Assembly: GCA_002269645.1 (NCBI GenBank)
Contig: NIVC01001681.1
Span: 124,001 to 188,000 of the forward strand
Source of the DNA: Macrostomum lignano
Taxonomy: Eukaryota
Direction of reading: 5' to 3'
DNA: 64,000 nt
A model generated the notes under the pieces. The model made no database searches, was not told the DNA's origin, and saw only the letters and a program-made list of their open reading frames with translations. Numbering within the stretch: the first letter of the stretch is position 1; each line of letters opens with the position of its first letter. Position numbers and translations under genes: made by a program. Positions 51,541 through 64,000 of the stretch are shown one piece after another.

Positions 51541-52683
51541 TCAGCCGCACCAACAGGCGGCCCGAAAGCGGCGAGCAAATTCACGTCGGAATTTCTTAGC
51601 CACCAGGCAGTAGAGAAAGAAATTAGCAGAATGATTGGCGTACATCAGCAGCTCTGTACAGGCCAGGCCGAGCTGGTAGCGAGCATAGAACACAGTGTCG
51701 TTGTTCGTCTCGAAGTTGATCACGGACGACAGGGAGCTGAGCACCTTTAGCACAGTGATGGGCAGCGAGGTGAAGATGAAGAAGAACGACACCAGCAAGA
51801 GCATCAGCGTCACCTGGTTGACGCTCCGGCCGAGACCAGACGACTGGTAGCTGAACAGTGGGCGCCGATTAGCGTTGGTGATTGAGTTCAGCGAGCGCTG
51901 CGGCCTCTCGGACGCTGCCAGCACGCAGGTGGAGCCGCCAGCAGTCTGCGTGTCGGCTGCCGCCACCGGCCGGAGCCGCACCGACTCGCTGGCGGCGTTC
52001 AACTGGCCGGAGTAGAGCTTCTTGGAGATGTACAGCTTGCGGATGATGAGGATATTGCACACCACCAGAATGGAGATGGGAATCAGGGAGTAGAGGGAAA
52101 AATCCAGCCAGGCGAGCGGCTGCTTCAACGAGGCGAATCTCGGGCGCAGGTCGCAGATTCGATGGGTCCGGTTCGACCCCGGCCGCCAGTGAAAGTCGTA
52201 GACGTCCAGCACGAAGAACCAGTGGGCGTTGAGCAGCAGGCAGACAATCAGGAGGGCGCCGATGATGCGACGGGTGCGCTCAACCGCCGTGTTGGGCGTC
52301 GGCAGCTGGGACAGCAGGACGAACACCCGTTCGAGAGTTACGGCCGCGATGAGAAACACGCTGAAGTAGGTGGCCATGGTGGACAGGAAGTTGCCGCCGA
52401 TGCACAGCTCCACGCTGATGAGGGAGCAATCGTAGCCAAGCAGGCAGGAGATCCAGGACTTGAACAGGCCAGACAACAGGGTCACCTGGTCCGCTATGCT
52501 CAGCACTAACAGGTAATTGTGCGTGCCATTTCTTTTCACGTGGTTCTTCAGTATCCAGACAGACAGGCAGTTGGCAACGGACCCGACCAGGAGGAGCAGC
52601 GGACTGCCGGCCCAGCAGAGCCACTTGGCTGCCCGGAATTCCCAGTGCCGAGTGTAGAGCAGCAGGTCCTGATCGGATTGCAT
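51541..52683 (-). CDS. Class A (rhodopsin-like) GPCR, peptide-receptor type, ~380 aa, single exon
   Basis: Seven hydrophobic segments; GSVAN (TM1), LSIAD (TM2), TLERV (DRY position), FTSLP (TM6), NHSANFFLY (TM7) and KKFRREF (helix 8). ATG 52683 is the first in-frame ATG; the start is tentative. Confidence 0.92.
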   Translation of the reverse strand: MQSDQDLLLYTRHWEFRAAKWLCWAGSPLLLLVGSVANCLSVWILKNHVKRNGTHNYLLVLSIADQVTLLSGLFKSWISCLLGYDCSLISVELCIGGNFLSTMATYFSVFLIAAVTLERVFVLLSQLPTPNTAVERTRRIIGALLIVCLLLNAHWFFVLDVYDFHWRPGSNRTHRICDLRPRFASLKQPLAWLDFSLYSLIPISILVVCNILIIRKLYISKKLYSGQLNAASESVRLRPVAAADTQTAGGSTCVLAASERPQRSLNSITNANRRPLFSYQSSGLGRSVNQVTLMLLLVSFFFIFTSLPITVLKVLSSLSSVINFETNNDTVFYARYQLGLACTELLMYANHSANFFLYCLVAKKFRREFARRFRAACWCG

Positions 52684-53689
52684 GGCTGGGAGCGGAGGGC
52701 AGGTGGTGCGAACTCTAATACCAGCTACCTGAGACACAAGGTGTCATTTGGCAATTTCATAACGTAAAGATTTTCAGCCCCCCCCCCAGCTCTGTTTACG
52801 TGTAGAGCAAGACTTACATGTACGGAGTGAGAGGTATCAACCGAAGAAATCACTCTATTGAGAAATATCACCCAAGAGATTGCCTTCCCCTGGGAGATAC
52901 CACTAAAGACATGCGTGATACGATGAGCTAGGAGATCGACATTATGCTAAAATAAATTGTTTCTTTGATATTGCAAAGCCGCGATTAGCATACTAATTAA
53001 ACTATTCAGCAGAAGAGCTGATGCAATTAAAACAACTTTACAAGAGAATATTGTACGAATCTATATATACGAGCGTACTCAGTAAGCATTAATAGAAACT
53101 TACTTGAGCCAAGCTTTTTTGACAACAAATGTCAAGCGGTAGAGTGAGGAGGATCCTTGGGATTCTTGGCTGCTTGACCGAGGAATAGTAAGCGATAAGA
53201 ATTTGAGGGGAGGAGTGAGCAGTTTTATCTACTAACTCAACGACTTGCAAAGCTCATCCTGATATTTGAGCAGCCAATGACAGTCAGTCAGTCAGTCAGC
53301 AGTTCATAGATGTCCTAAACTATAAATCTGGACAATAAGCAAAGCTCTGACAGTCATTTTTATTCAAACTTCACGGACTAAAACCGCGATAGTTAATCAG
53401 CATCCAGTTAAACAGCTTTGCAACACAGAAACTTACATTGAGGATCCGTAGCACTTTATTGTCATGGAATTCTTATTTAAAATAATTAATATTATTATTA
53501 TATATATTGCTTTTCTCAGCCAAGTTCAGCCAACAAGTTGTGAATTCCCAGTTGGCAGCAGTACAGTAGATTTGGTAGTAGACTTCCATGCAGTAAAGAT
53601 CAGAATTACCTGCTTGATTTCCCTCTCCGTCTGTGTCTATGGACAAGACCAAATCTACTGTTGCCAAATGGCTCGATCAACTTGATTTG

Positions 53690-55010
53690 CTCAAAACCTC
53701 TTCAAGACGGTGGAAATATTCGCCACTCTCCGTTTCAGTTGGATGGGTCAAATTCGGGCCATAGACACAAATTTCTGCTCAACCCTGTATCCCCATTCCA
53801 GTCGGAAAGATAGAGGGAAAGATTTTGTACGAGCTACATACACGTATGCCTGTGTCCTCTGTGAGTTTCTGTCACCGACAGTAAAGTGCTTTATTTTAAT
53901 CCGCAACTTACCAAAAGTTTTTCAAAAGTCATGGCTTCGAGAACAGCTCCACCCAGACAGGCTTTATTGGCTGAAATCAACAACAGCGCTGACTTGGACT
54001 CCGAGGATGAGGTCAATTTGGAATCTGCCGGATCAAGCCGATGAAAATGAGTCTTTTTTCGTCAAGAAGTTCTTGACAGGTAACATTTTTCAGCGTCTTT
54101 CGGACTGGACAAATGCGAGAGCCTGGAAGGAGTTCATGAATGTACAGGAAAGAGCCGGATGTGCCACCCAGGCTAGTTCAGTGGAAGGACTGTAGACCAA
54201 ATGAGATTTGTGGCCATTGTAGTCTACTTGGGACTAAACAAGAAGCCTGAATTGAACAGTTACTGGTCGAAAGATTTGTTCTATCACATCTCATACCTAA
54301 GCCAGTCTTTCTGCCTTACTCGCAATCGGTTTAAGAGTATCATGGGCTTCATATGCAATTATACGACTGCAATGCGAGGTTTGCGAGGAACAGCAATGCT
54401 TAAAGGCGTGCAAGTTTGTCGACAAAAAGCAGAGCGGAACAAAGATTGTCTACGTGATTGACAGTCAGGGCGAGGCAGGCAAGCTGTGTCAACGTTACTC
54501 GAATTCGCCGAGGCGACGTGGAAGAAGTAATCCAAAAGCCGGTTTGCATCGCCAACTATTCATCTTTTATGGGCGGCGTAGATTGACTGGACAGTGGACT
54601 CCAGCCGTATACCATCCGAACAGAAAGACGCAAAAATGGTTTCAGAAGCTCGGTTTTCATGTCATCCTTCTTCTGGTAGGCAATGCTTGCATCGTTTACC
54701 AGAATGCTGAGGAACAAAGAGCTTCCTCAGCTTCTTAGAAGTTGCGATCAAGGATTTGACTGAACAGTCTGGGCCAGGCAGACGTTGCGTTTCGGATCGA
54801 GTCGGCCGGGCACATCCAAGCAAGTCAGGCCAGGCTGTTGGGCAAAATCGACCGAGTGTCAAAAAAGACAGGGTACGTCTGCTCGCAGTGTCAGGCACCC
54901 CGTCCCTGTGTCTTGTGAACTCCTTTGGCACGTGGCACAGTAAAAAATCAAAGAACCATTGCCATCTTCTAAAATGTTGCTTTAGAAATTCGAATGAAGC
55001 GAATGACAAA
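53690..55010 (+). mobile_element. Decayed, internally deleted piggyBac (PGBD4-like) transposon
   Basis: Frameshifted fragments: an acidic N-terminus (DLDSEDE), RFVAIVVYLGLNKKPELNSYWSKD..TRNRFKSIM, and KWFQKLGFHVILLLVGNACIVY, with a Cys-rich tail. The central catalytic region is missing and TIRs are not clearly identified. Confidence 0.75.
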
Positions 55011-55169
55011 TAGTGTGTGAAAGTAGAGCAAGGCGTAAACTAGTTAATAGAGCTTTAAAGCTACTTCTAATCCTTAGAGCTACTTCAATATTGTTTTATA
55101 TTCCAATATACAAATATCTTTGCAAAGTTTGTTTGCTTTACTTCTATTATTGGTCGAGTTCGACCCAGA

Positions 55170-55690
55170 GCCGACTGGAGCGGTAGGAAGGGAATTCATG
55201 TGCTGGTCATGCATGTAACTATTTTGAACTGCCCTGTTTGGACTCAACCGCAGGGACATCAGAGCGGTGACCATGGCCCTCTCGGGTCATGGCTGCTTTG
55301 CCAGGCATCGTCACCTCCGGGGGAAAATCCGCAGTGAGGAATGCCCATTTCTGCCTCTCCAGTGTCGAGAATGCGGAGCACTTCATCTGTGAATGCCCGC
55401 CTTTACTCAGGACAGGCTCACCTACCTCGGCCCAAACCCGGACCTCTCCGACGTTTTCAGGTTCGAGAATCTCTGCCAGCTCGTCCGCTACCTAAGGGCT
55501 ACCGGGCGAGCGACAGTCCACCTCCTGGACCTCCTGAGGGGGACCGCGCTGCGGACACCGGCACCACCGGAACTTCCTGCGCGACACCGCAGCACTAGCT
55601 GCCCGTGTGGTCGCCAGGGGCTAGCGAAATGGGCGGCAACGCCTCCTCGCTGTTTCCGGACGCACGGAGCCCCCTGCAGCTAAGTCAAGT
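55170..55690 (+). mobile_element. 5'-truncated non-LTR retrotransposon 3' end
   Basis: Frameshifted LSGHGCFARH...[29 protein letters not shown], the C-terminal CCHC knuckle of R1/I-group ORF2. Confidence 0.75.
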
Positions 55691-57693
55691 ATTTTGAACC
55701 GAATGCGCTGGGGAGTAAAAAGTGGTCGAAACAACTTTCCAGACTTCTCAAGGTTAACCTCGTATCAACTTGGCTACTAGAGACGATAGCGATAGCTACA
55801 TACGAGTAATACATCTATACTGTATATCATATAGATCATAGTACATTATAGGTCATCCATTGGTTACGCCCAAGCGAAACGTGCGGAACGCACAGGCCCC
55901 AGGCCAATTTTTGTTCACGAGCCCCCAATTAATGTGGCCGCTCACGGAACCTGGGTACTTGATAGCTACTCAGACATATCAGTTGCTCCACCCCTCCCGT
56001 GCATAAAGTCTGAGTTCTGTATTCAGCTTCAAGTTATCCGTGCTTTATTAGCCAGACCCTCCGCCCTATATTGTCTGGCAGAGCGAGGCGAAAAGAATGG
56101 AATTAGTTAAGAAGGAATTGGAAGTTTTCCAACCCGAATAATCCCTTCCTATGATGCCTTCATTTAAAACCTTTCAGTTCGGCAGCTTGCAGCAATAGTT
56201 TAGTCTAGCTTTCGTCTCCGAATCTCGTTTGGTTTTAGTGTCTGATCTTGATCCTATCTACCTGTGCTAGGCCTCAGAAATCAGTTGTACCTTATAACGG
56301 GTTGCCCTTATATTCTCAGCAGCCGGGATTATACGCGGTCAGCTAATCCGAGCGGAGATCTGAGCAAATCTAGCGTAGGGCGCGGAGACATAGGAAATTA
56401 TCCCGTGTCAGAAGCTCCTCGCATTTATAATTGGGATTTAACAGCCGCTCTGTAGAAAAATGTGTGGCAGACGGCGAGAGGTCGCTCGCCGAAAGTTCTA
56501 GGATGCAGCCAGTAATCCAATATACTAAAAATCAAAACTATGTACCTACCTACCTATATATGTATAGGAACTTTCGTTTGTCGCTTCAGTGACATCATCC
56601 CGCAGTCAGTCGGTGCTGTTAGAAGTCGCGTGATGGATTTCACGCAACTCCAAACAGTACACAGAAAGATCAGTTGCTCATTTGAGATCAGTTCAAATCA
56701 CAGCATGGTTGCTCTGTAAGTTAAAGATTGCTCAAATCGGTGTTAAAATGGGTCTGAATACTGATTTTGACACCGAGCAGTGTAAAATTGAAAGAGAAAA
56801 GTTTTCATGTTCTTCCACAGACAGAGATAGAAAATATAGTTTAAAGCTGAATATCAAAAACAAATGAAAATAGTCATTATTGCTTGGTTCTTGTCAATTT
56901 CGCTAATTTACCTTAGTTTAATACGATTCTGAAAGTGTTTCACAAGGAAACGATTGCTACTAAAATTAGGAGCTCATTGATTTATCATTGAAGCATGCGC
57001 AGACGTACTCAAATCCGACTATTGAATCCCTTGTTTACGCCTTCTACGCCAAGAAATCAATGAATAGACTAAATTCGTCAAGAAATGTGTACTTATAGGA
57101 ATCATTTGACGATAGACCCTAGACTAGGAGTATAATTAAAAGATCCATATTTCTTTGGACTGATTGTTGGGCCAAATTAATCAAAGTCTACGAGCGTACC
57201 CCAGAGTTGGCTGGTCAATTCGCTAACTAGCCAAGTACCGGCGTAGTTAAGAAACGGAATTATAGCCGTAGCTTAGTAAGCTCATTCTAGATTAATTTAC
57301 AGTTAGTACCCACCTAGGACAATGGTTGACGGAATTTATAACATGCCATACGACGCTCCGATAGAGGTTTGTCAACGAAAATTTCCTGCGCTTACTCAAC
57401 TATGTTGTTGCTTGTGATTATTAAGTTACAACTCAGCGATATTAAAAGCCGCCACTATAGACTGTGTACCTGAGTAAGAGGTTAAAATGATTCCTTTGAA
57501 GTGTAGTGAATTGAAGTCGAACGTTTCCCCTTCGCTCTATAGGCAACGTTGACGGTCTTTTAATTTTGCTGAGTACATCTTAAGACTTAAGTCCTTAGCT
57601 TAAGATTCTTAGATGGTGCTGTTCCAAAATTTTGTGCGCCCGAGTGGCAATATAAATAATTACCCGATAATACTAAAATTCTTTTCCAACCAG

Positions 57694-58670
57694 TTGATTC
57701 AACTCTGGATTGACGACATCTCTCAAGGCCGACCCAACCTGGTTCAAGTGAAGAACAATGTTCCGCCCCAGGTCCTACTGTATCACGTGCTTATATTTAT
57801 TTTCGGAGTGCTACTACTACTGTTGATGGCCGTTCTAGCAACTATTGAGGCAAGGTAAGGCTCGGGCATTGTTTGGCCTGTTTCAATCCATTTCTAGGTT
57901 TTTTGTTGAATCCAATTCAATTGGTTTCTGCACGAATTACAGTGCTTTTTGCACAAAATGCATTTGATGCTTCTTAAAGTGAATAATGAGCCGAATTATG
58001 AGTGCATGGGCAAACAAAGCACTCTAGTCAACCAGACCAACGCCTGCAAAATACACATGACCAGCTGCCTCAAGGGATGACGGAAAGCAGCCTACTCAGC
58101 TTCGTACTATCCACGGCCACCTCTGCTTAACTTGCAAGTGCTGGCAGCAAATACGTTGGGCTCTTGTTATCATCGCTGTTGTGTTCTAATTGACACAGAG
58201 AGTTTCGTTTGATTAAAGCTTTTGAGCTCAGAGATACACATCTCGCTCACAATATATTTATAGAGATCAAACTCCTACTTGCACGTTGCACGTTGCAATC
58301 TCCTACTCATTCTAGTCTTAGTACAGTATACGCCCACGCATTCAATAAGGCCAATAGTTCATTGTCAGTAGTCAATTCATTGCGCGAGCATTGTCAATCA
58401 CAACAATCGCTCATGCTCACCTTGCTGCATACAACTCACTAACATCTATTTAACTATGCTTGCCAACATTATTTAAACAGATACGGCATCGCCCTTCATA
58501 GACTGCTGCCTCTAGTCACCCGGGTCATCGACGTTGCACAGCTTTTTGATCTCACTCCGCTGCCGCAGTCTAAGCGCATATCATTTGGCGTGGAGGCGCA
58601 GAACAGCACGAACTACAATCGAGCCCTCACTGATGCCTTGCTGAATCCAGGAGCGCAGCTTCATACTTGA
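57694..58670 (+). CDS. Two 3' exons (57694-57854, 58481-58670) of an unknown single-pass membrane protein
   Basis: Acceptor ttcttttccaacCAG, donor AG|GTAAGG and acceptor tttaaaCAG, joined in phase 2. Hydrophobic run VLLYHVLIFIFGVLLLLLMAVLA. 5' exons unresolved. Confidence 0.5.
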
Positions 58671-58749
58671 CAGCATATTTGAGCTACATGTAATAGCATG
58701 GCCGCTGGACTGCGCTGAGTTGCTTGGTTTCAATTCCTAGTTCTAATGA

Positions 58750-59215
58750 TTGATCTATCCACCTCACAGGTCCTCAGATTGATCTATCCACCTCACAGAT
58801 CCTCAGATTGATCTATACACCTCACAGATCCTCAGATTGATCTATCCACCTCAAAGATCCTCCTCAGATTGATCTGTATCTATCCACCTTAAAGATCCTC
58901 CTCAGATTGATCTATTGAACACTTCAAAGATCCTCAGATTGATCTATCCACCTCAAAGATCCTCCTCAGATTGATCTGTATCTATCCACCTTAAAGATTC
59001 TCCTCAGATTGATCTATTGAACACTTCAAAGATCCTCAGATTGATCTATCCACCTTAAAGATTCTCCTCAGATTGATCGGTATCTATCCACCTTAAAGAT
59101 TCTCCTCAGATTGATCTATATCTATCCACCTCAAAGATCCTCCTTAGATTGATCTATCCACCTTAAAGATCCTCCTCAGTTTGATCTATTGACCACTTCA
59201 AGGATCCTCAGTCCA
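58750..59215. repeat. Degenerate ~29-38-bp repeat (CCTCAGATTGATCTATCCACCTYAAAGAT)
   Basis: Tandem imperfect copies. Confidence 0.88.
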
Positions 59216-59695
59216 CATCCCAAAAACTCAGATTGAAATACTTTTCTCAAAAATTCTCTCAAGTCGATCTTATCAATCCATGAACCTCGAAAATGATTTA
59301 ATGCCGCACAGTTAATCAAATTTTAACAAAACTTGAAGCAGTGTTTATATAATGGACTCATGTCTCGTTCTTTGTCATCCATCCGTATAAAAAGATGAAT
59401 AAATAATAAGCGAACAGTAGCATGCTAGAACTCAGCTTCGTGTATAATTAACTCGGCAATATCTGCTTTCAATTAGCTAAAATACTCGTACTTTCGAATA
59501 GGCTCTCTAATAACGCACATTCAAAGCCAGTAAATTGATCAAGAATCTCGCAATTATATGGCAAAGAACGAATAAAGGTGCATAATAAATACAGGCAAAA
59601 AATCCATACGCAGATTTTTTATAGAATTCGCTATTGTCCCAAGAAAATCATTTTGCAGCTATAGGGATCAGGCTAAAGGTGACAATTGTAGGCTC

Positions 59696-61231
59696 CTAGG
59701 CTCGCTTGGCCTCGCCGAACTCCAGCACGCCGAGGCCGCGGACGGCAGCGCGGCTTTGACGATTTGGCCAGCTGTCGCAGCCGATGAAAGCGAAGGCGCC
59801 CCGGCCGCGGCTGCACCAGGCGTCGGCTGTGGCGGACGCCAGCTTGCGGATGGCGGCGCTGAGCAGGTCCGTCTGGTTGCCGACGTCAACGATAACTAGA
59901 GACCTGCAGCGGGGAGGGGTCGTGCAAGGGTCTTGATTATTTGTTATTACTTTTTTATTTAGGGAATTAGGGAATTTGTTATTATAGGTCTAATCTAATA
60001 CTTTAGGGAGGGATTCTAATCTAATACTTTTAGGGATTCTGGAATGCAAGCCAAATACGAGGACCATAGGAATTTCGGTGGCAATTCGAGATATTCTGAG
60101 AGAGGGTCGGTATTTTGGGGGTTGGATAGATAAGCAGATGAAATTTATGTGTGAACTGTCAAGTCTCTAAGTCTTCAGATGCAAAGAGCTTACCAGATCC
60201 CACTGAAGGGTTAAAATGCTGACAAACTAACCGGAGAATCGAGGGAGATTAGCGATTGAAAGACAGATTTGAGAAGACTCAACAAAACTGCAAAAAATGA
60301 GTTTTAATTGGCCTGTTTCAAAAACTCACCTGCTAGTGAGCCCGTTGCACAGACCGCTCAGCTGATCGAATAGAGCGGCAGATCCTTCCGTGTTCCAATC
60401 CGCGCTTTCCGCGGCGCCCCCAGCGGAGTCTGGCGCCTCGTCGATCGGCGCCAGACGCAGTGCGATAAGCCGATCGCACAGGCGGAACGAGGCCTGCAAA
60501 GCGGGCACGTCCGAGCCGGCCTGGGCCATGACCTGCATCAGGCCGATCTGCCGAAGGAAGTCGCGCCTGTCCTGGCCGGCGCCGCCGCACACGGCCAGCA
60601 GGGAGCAGGCCCGCGAGGCGAACGCGTGCCGCCCGGGCCCGCCGCCGCAGACCGATCGGCGCCGTGTCGGACAGGCGAGCGGCGGCGGCAGCGGGTGGCG
60701 GCCGCAGCGAATGGCGAGCCGGTCGCCGAACTCCGGCCTGGTGTAGCTGCGCTGCACGCTGGCCAGGGCTAGGGAGCTGAGCAGATCGGCATTGCTAACG
60801 GCATCAATGCATTTGAATAGCTGCATGGCGTGGGCTGGCAGCGACTCAAATAGCAGCTCAAATATCTGCAGCGTCAGCTTGTAGACGTTCTCGACGCTGA
60901 CCTCGATGTCGGCGTTCAGAGCCGCCAGCTGGCTAGTGGTGAAGCTGCAGCACCGGCGGCCAATTGTCAGGTTGAGAAGCTCAGGCGCCAGACGGCTAGC
61001 TGTCTCCAGCAGGGTTGGCGGCCTCCGCTGCTCTCGGCGCCGCTGCTGAGGTGCTTGGCAATCTAGCTCGCTGCTGCACCAGCTGCTGCTGCTGCCGTAG
61101 GTGTTGCCGTTGCCGGCTGGGCCTGCAGACGAATTGGAAACAGCAGCGGCAGCAGCACCAGAGGAATTGTGGGAGTCGTGAGGACTCACTAGTAGAGAGC
61201 TGAGTGTCTCATCGTCATTAGCGTCGCCGTC
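59696..61231 (-). CDS. MSH4: MSH4-like MutS homologue, last two exons (61231-60330, 59903-59696), with degenerate ATPase motifs
   Basis: SFTTSQL..LN...VYKLT...QLFKCIDAVSNADLLSSLA..YTRPEFGDRLAIRCGRHPL and FLRQIGLMQVMAQAGSDVPA match MSH4 domains III-V. In-frame phase-2 splice; upstream exons unresolved. Confidence 0.8.
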
Positions 61232-61947
61232 CTATTGAGAAGCAGAAAAAGTAGCTAAAGCTGTTACAGCTGATTTCAAGGCACCCAAGCGGGCTGCTTG
61301 CCAACAAAGAAGACGATTTCAGCCAAGCCTGTATTTGAGCGCTAAGGAAACCACCTGGAAGAGAGGCCTATAAACTTTGCGTTTATTGTTTAACTGCATT
61401 AGGCAGAAACCAGGCTTGGTGAAAGCTCAGACCCGAGCCCGTTAATCTATAATCGAAGCGGCAGGCAAAAATTGATTAAAAGCTTTCCATTTCTTCATCA
61501 AGAAAATTATTTATCGCTTTTTTATAATTTGACGGCCTGGATTCGTCTTTGAAAACAAAAGAACAACCTCGGCAGCAAAGAGGGCTAAGCGGATTATCTA
61601 TGGAAGAAAAAACGTATCAATTTATTCAGTCAAGGCAAACAGGCCATTAAAGTGATTGGAATCAAATTAACTAGAAGCTGCGAATTATATTAGAATCCTA
61701 CTCTAACAGATTAGCTTCCGTATCATGATCACATGAAATGGAGAATTAATTAGCATAGGCTTATCCAAGATCTGCTCAGACAAATAAGATATAGTATAAG
61801 ATGCTCTTGTTTAAAGACTTTTTTTACCCTCTACATGACACTTACAGTTCAAGGCTGTTATGCGTCTGGGGCTTGCGGCTTGTCGTCTGATCCGCAGAAA
61901 TGAGGGCAACAGCTAAAGCACAGAGTGTATTCATAACTGACAATGAG

Positions 61948-62040
61948 ACAGCTAGGGCTGCTGTAAACCCTGTGTGAGTGAGCAGCTAGGGCTGCTGTAA
62001 ACCCTGTGTGAGTGAGCAGCTAGGGCTGCTGTACATCCTT
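61948..62040. repeat. ~33-bp repeat, 3 copies (GCAGCTAGGGCTGCTGTAAACCCTGTGTGAGTGA)
   Basis: Directly precedes and grades into the 23-bp array. Confidence 0.8.
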
Positions 62041-64000
62041 GAGAGTGAGCAGCCACTCTCACTAAATCTGAGCAGTCACTCTCACTGAATCTGAGCAGCC
62101 ACTCTCACTGAATCTGAGCAGCCACTCTCACTGAATCTGAGCAGCCACTCTCACTGAATCTGAGCAGCCACTCTCACTGAATCTGAGCAGCCACTCTCAC
62201 TGAATCTGAGCAGCCACTCTCACTGAATCTAAACAGCCACCCTCACTGAATCTAAGCAGTGAGCAGTCACTCTCACTAAATCTGAGCAGCCACTCTCACT
62301 AAATCTGAGCAGTCACTCTCACTGAATCTGAGCAGCCACTCTCACTGAATCTGAGCAGCCACTCTCACTGAATCTAAACAGCCACTCTCACTAAATCTGA
62401 GCAGTCACTCTCACTTAATCTAAGCAGCCACTCTCACTGAATCTGAGCAGCCACTCTCACTAAATCTAAACAGCCACCCTCACTGAATCTAAGCAGTCAC
62501 TCTCACTAAATCTGAGCAGCCACTCTCACTGAATCTGAGCAGTCACTCTCACTAAATCTGAGCAGCCACTCTCACTGAATCTGAGCAGTCACTCACTGAA
62601 TTTAAACAGCCACCCTCACTGAATCTGAGCAGCCACTCTCACTGAATCTGAGCAGTCACTCTCACTAAATCTGAGCAGTCACTCTCACTGAATCTGAGCA
62701 GCCACTCTCACTGAATCTGAGAAGCCACTCTCACTGAATCTAAACAGCCACTCTCACTAAATCTGAGCAGTCACTCTCACTGAATCTAAACAGCCACTCT
62801 CACTGAATCTAAACAGCCACTCTCACTAAATCTGAGCAGTCACTCTCACTGAATCTGAGCAGCCACTCTCACCGAATCTGAGCAGCCACTCTCACTGAAT
62901 CTAAACAGCCACTCTCACTAAATCTGAGCAGTCACTCTCACTGAATCTGAGCAGCCACTCTCACTGAATCTGAGCAGCCCTCTCACTGAATCTGAGCAGC
63001 CACTCTCACTTAATCTAAGCAGCCACTCTCACTGAATCTGAGCAGCCACTCTCACTGAATCTGAGCAGCCACTCTCACTTAATCTAAGCAGCCACTCTCA
63101 CTGAATCTGAGCAGCCACTCTCACTGAATCTAAACAGCCACCCTCACTGAATCTAAGCAGTGAGCAGTCACTCTCACTAAATCTGAGCAGCCACTCTCAC
63201 TAAATCTGAGCAGTCACTCTCACTGAATCTGAGCAGCCACTCTCACTGAATCTGAGCAGCCACTCTCACTGAATCTAAACAGCCACTCTCACTAAATCTG
63301 AGCAGCCACTCTCACTGAATCTGAGCAGCCACTCTCACTGAATCTGAGCAGCCACTCTCACTGAATCTGAGCAGTCACTCTCACTAAATCTGAGCAGCCA
63401 CTCTCACTGAATCTGAGCAGCACTCTCACTGAATCTGAGCAGCCACTCTCACTGAATCTAAACAGCCACCCTCACTGAATCTAAGCAGTGAGCAGTCACT
63501 CTCACTAAATCTGAGCAGCCACTCTCACTAAATCTGAGCAGTCACTCTCACTGAATCTGAGCAGCCACTCTCACTGAATCTGAGCAGCCACTCTCACTGA
63601 ATCTAAACAGCCACTCTCACTAAATCTGAGCAGTCACTCTCACTGAATCTGAGCAGCCACTCTCACTGAATCTGAGCAGCCACTCTCACTGAATCTGAGC
63701 AGCCACTCTCACTGAATCTAAGCAGTGAGCAGTCACTCTCACTAAATCTGAGCAGCCACTCTCACTGAATCTGAGCAGTCACTCTCACTAAATCTGAGCA
63801 GCCACTCTCACTGAATCTGAGCAGCCACTCTCACTGAATCTGAGCAGCCACTCTCACTGAATCTGAGCAGCCACTCTCACTGAATCTGAGCAGCCACTCT
63901 CACTGAATCTGAGCAGCCACTCTCACTGAATCTGAGCAGCCACTCTCACTGAATCTGAGCAGCCACTCTCACTAAATCTGAGCAGCCACTCTCACTGAAT
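62040..64000. repeat. 23-bp minisatellite (CTCTCACTGAATCTGAGCAGCCA), runs off the window end
   Basis: More than 80 tandem copies, upstream of the MSH4-like exon (probably intronic). Confidence 0.97.

Overview
Intron-containing animal DNA with GC-rich exons and minisatellite-filled introns; the style suggests a flatworm such as Macrostomum, but that is inference only. Host genes reconstructed by hand from splice sites and reading-frame continuity: the 5' three coding exons of RB1CC1/FIP200 (-), a complete 8-exon VCP/p97 (+, 792 aa) head-to-head with it, FoxF (-), a myristoylated NCS/calcineurin-B-like EF-hand protein (-, 210 aa), a single-exon peptide-type GPCR (-), two exons of an orphan membrane protein (+), and the 3' part of an MSH4-like gene whose ATPase motifs are destroyed although the frame is intact (-). 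The most unusual object fills 1-10094. It is an LTR element (PPT plus a 2.2-kb TGTAACC...GGTTACA LTR) inside an RB1CC1 intron. It encodes an intact Ty3/gypsy-type Gag and an aspartic-protease-like ORF joined by a G GGA AAC -1 frameshift signal with a predicted pseudoknot, but no RT, RNase H or integrase. In their place are an unrecognised ~450-codon cargo gene with its own CCAAT/TATA promoter, a candidate antisense spliced unit ending in a membrane anchor, and an array of tRNA-Leu-PBS-like motifs. Other elements: a Penelope-type insertion with two inverted, decayed hammerhead motifs, two mariner fossils, a piggyBac remnant, a non-LTR 3' fragment, three copies of a tRNA-derived SINE, two foldback-like structures and about 20 private mini- or microsatellites. 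No database searches were run; family calls rest on recalled motifs.
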